Below are positions 58,994 through 64,000 of a stretch of 64,000 nucleotides of DNA, piece by piece. A model generated the notes under the pieces. It saw nothing but the letters and a program-made list of their open reading frames with translations, was not told the origin of the DNA and did not search any database. Every line of letters begins with the position of its first letter. Position 1 is the stretch's first letter. Source of the DNA: Clostridiaceae bacterium. Its GTDB lineage: Bacteria > Bacillota > Clostridia > Saccharofermentanales > DTU023. Location: NCBI GenBank assembly GCA_012799825.1, contig JAAZKK010000080.1, positions 1,004 to 65,003 on the forward strand. Reading direction: 5' to 3'. The position numbers and the translations under genes were made by a program.

Positions 58994-59563
58994 ATGGATA
59001 TTCTCAACAAAGGCCTGCCGGAACTGATGCGAGCTGCCGTAGTGACACGCTACGGCGATCCGGATGTCATCGAAATTATGGAAGTTCCTCTGCCCGCATT
59101 AAAATCGAACACGATCATGGTGCGCGTAGCGGCCAGCGCAGTCAACTCCGCAGATGCTCGGACGAGGGGAGGCGGAGCAATGATTCATAATATTACTCCC
59201 ATGGATCCGGAGCGCATCCAGCTGTCAGTTTGTTGGGTGGCGTTGGTACTCATCTATCTTTTAGGGGATGTGTTGCGACTATATGAAAAAGGTCGAGAGG
59301 CCGCTATGATCGACGGGAAACCGATGACCCAAACCCATCTTTTAATGGCTGCTTTTCTGATGTTAATTCCCATCTTGCTGGCAATTGGTATGGTATTCCT
59401 GCCGAAGGGTATCGCAAAATGGTCCGGTATTATTGGCTCCGTTATCCTTTTTCTTATCAATGTCGTCGGCGTCACAGGCTATACAGGACTGTTTGATCGC
59501 GTGCTGATTCTGTTGAGCCTAGCGATGAATGTATTCACAGTTGTCTGGACTTGGCTTTGGTAA
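58994..59563 (+). CDS. Chimeric ORF: N-terminal fragment of a zinc-type dehydrogenase/quinone oxidoreductase fused in frame to a 4-TM (DUF6326-like) membrane protein
   Basis: Residues MRAAVVTRYGDPDVIEIMEVPLPALKSNTIMVRVAASAVNSAD look like the GroES-like N-terminus of MDR enzymes, but the Rossmann domain is missing. From M at 59180 (its own GGAGG/GGAG RBS) the sequence is hydrophobic. Confidence 0.55.
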   Translation: MDILNKGLPELMRAAVVTRYGDPDVIEIMEVPLPALKSNTIMVRVAASAVNSADARTRGGGAMIHNITPMDPERIQLSVCWVALVLIYLLGDVLRLYEKGREAAMIDGKPMTQTHLLMAAFLMLIPILLAIGMVFLPKGIAKWSGIIGSVILFLINVVGVTGYTGLFDRVLILLSLAMNVFTVVWTWLW

Positions 59564-59584
59564 GAGCATACGTCATACATTGCA

Positions 59585-59810
59585 TTTTCCCTTTCGCTAG
59601 CATTGAAGCTAGCAGATGATTTTTCGGGTACAGGATACTAAGACACGTCTTATCTGTGAGAGCATAGAGCTAGGTGAAGCGCCGTTGGAAAAGTAAGCCA
59701 GTGTCCGGAGCCTTATCCGCGAGTGTATTGAGCCTAGACGAACGTGATGTTAATCTGACTGCAAACGGTGAATCTTTTAGACGTAAGCATTGAGCCGGAC
59801 GTGATAATAC
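59585..59810. repeat. Four degenerate tandem units (~63-bp period) with the core GCATTGAGC
   Basis: The cores are GCATTGAAGCTAG (59599), GCATAGAGCTAG (59662), GTATTGAGCCTAG (59725) and GCATTGAGCCGG (59787). Each is preceded by a cttatc/cttttag-like segment. Confidence 0.55.
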
Positions 59811-59823
59811 GAAGACAAAACAA

Positions 59824-59868
59824 CAGTTGATGTCCCGTTTAGTGAAGGAACATCAACTGCTGTTTTTT
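59824..59868. terminator. Bidirectional terminator between the convergent units
   Basis: CAGTTGATGT-N16-ACATCAACTG. CTGTTTTTT follows on the + strand and TTGTTTTGTCTT on the - strand. Confidence 0.65.
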
Positions 59869-59919
59869 ACCGTAGCTACAATTCAATGATTGACGTTGAA
59901 GCCAATGGATTTGACTGAA

Positions 59920-62900
59920 TTATGCTTCAGTGTTTTTCCGAGATTCTTCTTTCAATACACTCGATCTCTTCTTGCGCAGTACCAAGAGCACACAGGCTAG
60001 AGACAGTAGCGCAAAACTCATCCACGGTTGGATTCCGACACGTTCGCCCGTTTTCGGGAGAATGTTCATGCTCTTGACTTGACTGTTGATCACAACGAAA
60101 CCGTTCTCAACATCGCCTGTAATGATGCAATCGTAATCCTCGATAAGAATTTCATCAATTGTATAGACGATCTCTTTTCCATCCTTGTACTGATCCAGTT
60201 CGATGAAAGTGTCGGTCCATTCATTGTCATTTGTCAAGACTAAGATCTTGCCTGTGTCTTCACCGTCAGCGATCAATTTGATCGTCACTGAATCAGGATG
60301 TTCACCGGATGGGTCATTCAAAACAGCCCAAACCTTGGTCACCGGGATGGAAATCTTCACGGTTGCGTGACGGTTTGTCACGTTGTGGCCTGAAACTTCG
60401 GAGGTGTACCCGGCAACCGCGTCTTCCGAGATGCTGTAGACGATCTCTTCACCGCCCTCATACTTCGGAAGATCAGCAAAAGTCCAAGTCCAGTCGCCGT
60501 TAGCGTCGGCAGTTACCTCGACCCAGTCGATCTCTGTAGCACCATTCCAGATGCGGATGATGATGCTCTCAGGTCTTTTGCCGTCTTGGTCGTCGTTGTC
60601 GTCCCAGGTCTTAGTACCTTCGATCGTGATCTTCTCGGGCGTGTGACAGTTTGTCACGAAGTAGCCTGTTTCGGCATCGCCCGAGATTTCAGCCGTGTAA
60701 CCGTCAACGTCCGCTTCTTCTACGGTGTAGACAACCCTCTGGCCAACTTCACCGGGCTTGAAGATGTCAAGCTCCGTAAACGTATCAGTCCAGTTGTTGT
60801 CCGCCGACAAGGTGACTCTCTTCTCGGTGTCAACACCGTCGGCGAGGAGCTTGATCGTAACGAACTCAGGTCTCATACCGTCTTGGTTGTTCTCGTCAAC
60901 CCAAGCTTTGGTCACCTGCACCGTGGTCTTTCCGGGCGTATGCGTGTTCGTTACGTTATAGCCTGAGATTTCTGAGCTGTAGTTTTCGATTGAATCTTCT
61001 GTAATCGTGTAGGTGATGAGCACACCATTTTCGTACTTCGGAAGATTTTCGAAGATCCAAGCCCAACCGTCATCTTCTGTTACCACCACCGAGTCGATCT
61101 CAGTGTCACCATTCCAGATACGAATCGTGATGCTCTCTGGCCTATTGCCGTCTTGGTTCTCGGCGTCATCCCATGTTTTCGTACCTTCGATCGTGATCGT
61201 TTCAGGTGTTTTTTTGTTGGTCACGGTGTAACCGGTGGTCATGTCGCCCGTTATCGTTGCTTCGTAGCCGAAGCCTATTTCTGACTCTTTAAAGAAGTAG
61301 TTAATTTCATTTTTGTCGCTATCGTACTTCGGCAAACCGGTGAAGCTCCAAGCCCAGATTCCTTTTTCATCGGGTGCGACCGTCGTGTCATCGACAAACT
61401 CATCTGCTTCTCCGACTTTCTTATAAAGATTGATCGTGATCGACGCAGGGCGCTTGCCGTCTTGGTCGTCATTGTCCTCCCAGATTTTGTTGCCTGAAAC
61501 ATCAACACGCGGAATGTCGTTGGTAACTTTTAAGTCTTGCGGACCTGTGTTTTCCTCTGTTTCAGGCTCGATGGTGAAGTAAATTTTCTCTTCAAATTTG
61601 GCATACCCTTCCGGAGCAGCCTTCTCGATGAGGTAGTATTCTTTTCCTACGAGCAGGTTGGGGAAGTAGGCGATACCGTCGATATTCGTTTTGACATCAT
61701 CTAAGACGATTAGATCAGATCCGTCACCGGCGCCCCCCACCTCATAGACCGTAAAAACGGCGTTGTGGAGTTTGCGATTAGGATCATTGACATCGCTTTT
61801 TTCCAAGCGCACGTCGCGCTTGGGGTAGGTCACTTGTACTTCTACCTTTAACGCTTCGACAAAGGATAGACCGTCATTCATTGAAAGAGCAAAGGAGTTG
61901 TAAGCCTTTTCACCGTCGAGGATCGTGTTGTCATCTTCGATGAAATTATGGGTGTGGATATGTACTTCTTCATTAACATCAATCTTTTGATTGTCTTTCA
62001 AAACGGCCTTTATCATCGTTACCCGTGACATATCATCGACTGTTGTTACCCAGTTCGCACTATAGTTTTCTTGTGTCGTCGGTTTTACCGGGTCGGTCGT
62101 GTAATAAAAGTCGAACTTTTCATGCGGATCGATCGAGACTAGAGGCGTCCTAAATGCAGATCCTCTCGGTTTATACTCGCCGCTCTGACATGGGACGATT
62201 GCGATATCGCCATCGTAGGGAAGAATATCAAGAATGATCAAACGGTCAATTTCTCTACCGCTATTGTTTTTGAGCATCCAGCGGTAGTCAATCGCATCGC
62301 CGATGGTCGCTTTTCTCCCGAGCGATGAAGCATATCGCGTGTCAGGATCCGAGCTCAATTTGACATACTTAATTGACGAAAGCACCTTAGGCGGGTAGAT
62401 CTTAAAGGACGTCGATCCCATGTTGGTATACTTGGTATTGTCGTCCGGACGGTTCGCCGCATCTTTCAGGATGTTGGACCAGACACCGGACGGTGTATCA
62501 AATTGAAGAATACCGTACTGTTTTCCGTCTTTGACAGCGATTTTATTGTTGTCAATGCTGAGGCAAGAATAGATCGTGTACGTGCCGACTTGTAGGCGTT
62601 CCGTCGCCGTAAAGCTCAGTTCGTAGCGGTTCTGTGTTGATCTATAAATTGAACCGTCCAGGCTGGGGATGTCGGTTGTCTCTGGCTGAGCGATGACCAG
62701 ATTGTAGTCCGGTCTATAACCGCGCAGAACTTCGACGCTCTTAAATTTTGTTGGATCTTCGACAGGTTCCAGTCCGTCCGGTACGAGATAGTAGATGTTG
62801 GCGTTTTCCGGAATGTTTGCCTCACAGAAATTTCCGTAACGACGGTGATAGTAGCCGAGCCTTGTATCGATGATATCGCCGGCGAAAAATTGCGATCCAT

Positions 62901-64000
62901 TTGTCACATGGACGTTGTTACACAATGTGATCGTCTCGTACTGCATGCGGAAGTAATCGTTCGTGTAGTCAGATTTGGAGCTATTTGTACTAATGACATC
63001 TCCCGCATAATATCGTTTGTACTTTGAGGTAATCGCAGTCGTAGCGTAGTCGTAGGTCGTGTAGACCTCCGGTGTTTTGTTCGAATCCAAAAGGTTCTTT
63101 AGAGTGTTATAGGTTGACAACTTAATATCTGCTATGACTTCCGTCCATAGAACAGATTTGAATTTATTGATTTCAGTTTGACCTTTAAGGGCAACGCCTC
63201 CGTTTGGATATTCGAATAAAATGTAGCGGTAATTTTCACCGCCGGTAAATGCCTGCCAGCCTTGATTATCGAAGGAACTGCTGTAGCTTGCGTAACTTAC
63301 AATCGGCACGTTATCGGATAGCAAAGTTATCGTACCGTCAGACGCAACACCGTAAGCTTTTGTACCTTGCAGTTTTTCCTGCATATAAGTCAGATCGTCA
63401 CCGCTTAATCCCAAAAGCATGATACGAATCTCACTGGGTTGCGTATACCGGCTTGGAGTGATTCTAGAAGTTTTGATGATGAGTTCACGGCTATCCGTGT
63501 CGTCTTTTCCATAACTTATGTACCAGCTTGATACATTCCGATGCGTATAACGAATACGTTGATTGTTTAGATCTTCAGGGTTATAAGATATGCAAGTTGT
63601 ATTGCTCCACTGCGTGGATGTGCCGGCTAAAGATTCATAGGCTTGGTTGATTGGCTTGTTATACTTAGAAGTACCCCAAGACACAGAGGCGCTCTGCTCG
63701 GACGATGGCGGCGTCGGAGGTTCTTGTTCGAGGATGTAATAACTTCTCGAACAGTAGCCTGTGTATGGTCCGAGATCTGCCTGCGGTACTCCGTCAACGA
63801 CAGGTTGGATGCTGAAATTGACCCTTAAGGATTTATAGTTGTATTTGCTGTTGAAACTGGATAAGTCAATACCTCCAAGATCCAACGTAATTGAAACCCG
63901 ATAGGGCCAAGAGTCAGAGAACCTGCGGGTGATATCCTTATAATACTTGCCGCTTTCAGAGTCAAAGGTCCATCCTGTTCCTTCCTTAACGGTTGTGCCC
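59920..64000 (-). CDS. Large LPXTG-anchored surface protein with about 7 Cna-B-type repeats (5' end outside the window)
   Basis: The C-terminus has LPKTG, a hydrophobic stretch and RKKRS. There are repeated ..KTWDD..DQDGKRPESI.I.. / ..KVW.D....G.RP..VTIKL.ADG.. modules and a prealbumin-like ..VFTVYEV..DGIAYFPNLLVGKEYYLIEKAAPEGY.. domain. My own translation of 63886-64000 shows the frame stays open past the track's TTG start. Confidence 0.9.
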   Translation of the reverse strand, partial: GTTVKEGTGWTFDSESGKYYKDITRRFSDSWPYRVSITLDLGGIDLSSFNSKYNYKSLRVNFSIQPVVDGVPQADLGPYTGYCSRSYYILEQEPPTPPSSEQSASVSWGTSKYNKPINQAYESLAGTSTQWSNTTCISYNPEDLNNQRIRYTHRNVSSWYISYGKDDTDSRELIIKTSRITPSRYTQPSEIRIMLLGLSGDDLTYMQEKLQGTKAYGVASDGTITLLSDNVPIVSYASYSSSFDNQGWQAFTGGENYRYILFEYPNGGVALKGQTEINKFKSVLWTEVIADIKLSTYNTLKNLLDSNKTPEVYTTYDYATTAITSKYKRYYAGDVISTNSSKSDYTNDYFRMQYETITLCNNVHVTNGSQFFAGDIIDTRLGYYHRRYGNFCEANIPENANIYYLVPDGLEPVEDPTKFKSVEVLRGYRPDYNLVIAQPETTDIPSLDGSIYRSTQNRYELSFTATERLQVGTYTIYSCLSIDNNKIAVKDGKQYGILQFDTPSGVWSNILKDAANRPDDNTKYTNMGSTSFKIYPPKVLSSIKYVKLSSDPDTRYASSLGRKATIGDAIDYRWMLKNNSGREIDRLIILDILPYDGDIAIVPCQSGEYKPRGSAFRTPLVSIDPHEKFDFYYTTDPVKPTTQENYSANWVTTVDDMSRVTMIKAVLKDNQKIDVNEEVHIHTHNFIEDDNTILDGEKAYNSFALSMNDGLSFVEALKVEVQVTYPKRDVRLEKSDVNDPNRKLHNAVFTVYEVGGAGDGSDLIVLDDVKTNIDGIAYFPNLLVGKEYYLIEKAAPEGYAKFEEKIYFTIEPETEENTGPQDLKVTNDIPRVDVSGNKIWEDNDDQDGKRPASITINLYKKVGEADEFVDDTTVAPDEKGIWAWSFTGLPKYDSDKNEINYFFKESEIGFGYEATITGDMTTGYTVTNKKTPETITIEGTKTWDDAENQDGNRPESITIRIWNGDTEIDSVVVTEDDGWAWIFENLPKYENGVLITYTITEDSIENYSSEISGYNVTNTHTPGKTTVQVTKAWVDENNQDGMRPEFVTIKLLADGVDTEKRVTLSADNNWTDTFTELDIFKPGEVGQRVVYTVEEADVDGYTAEISGDAETGYFVTNCHTPEKITIEGTKTWDDNDDQDGKRPESIIIRIWNGATEIDWVEVTADANGDWTWTFADLPKYEGGEEIVYSISEDAVAGYTSEVSGHNVTNRHATVKISIPVTKVWAVLNDPSGEHPDSVTIKLIADGEDTGKILVLTNDNEWTDTFIELDQYKDGKEIVYTIDEILIEDYDCIITGDVENGFVVINSQVKSMNILPKTGERVGIQPWMSFALLSLACVLLVLRKKRSSVLKEESRKNTEA

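Overview
A 64 kb chromosomal window from a Firmicutes/Clostridia-like genome. It is mostly housekeeping genes in Bacillus-type conserved order. These include tig-clpP-clpX, a decarboxylase-tmk-darA-holB-ricT block, rsmI-metG-tatD, leuS, veg-ispE, dtd, serS, yigZ and yebC. Transport loci are a BMP-type nucleoside/sugar ABC importer, metNIQ behind a Met-specifier T-box leader, and a composite cluster at 49.8-58.0 kb. That cluster has a family-5 binding protein, two exporter-fold ABC proteins and an MptD/YkoE-like ECF module. Accessory patches are an AbiEi/AbiEii abortive-infection pair between tatD and leuS, and a degenerate phosphotransferase-like gene with an AT-rich spacer and an XRE regulator at 34.3-36.4 kb. 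There is also a small membrane/HTH cassette with a chimeric ORF at 58.3-59.6 kb, and a large AT-richer LPXTG Cna-B adhesin that runs off the window end. Features not in the ORF track are a 56-aa 2x[4Fe-4S] ferredoxin, a perfect CIRCE operator near hsp20, and an orphan promoter-to-terminator unit of about 350 nt upstream of mnmA. At least nine noncoding stretches carry short degenerate tandem duplications. No rRNA, tRNA, CRISPR array, transposase or integrase was recognised. All calls come from reading the sequence and translations by eye. No searches were run.
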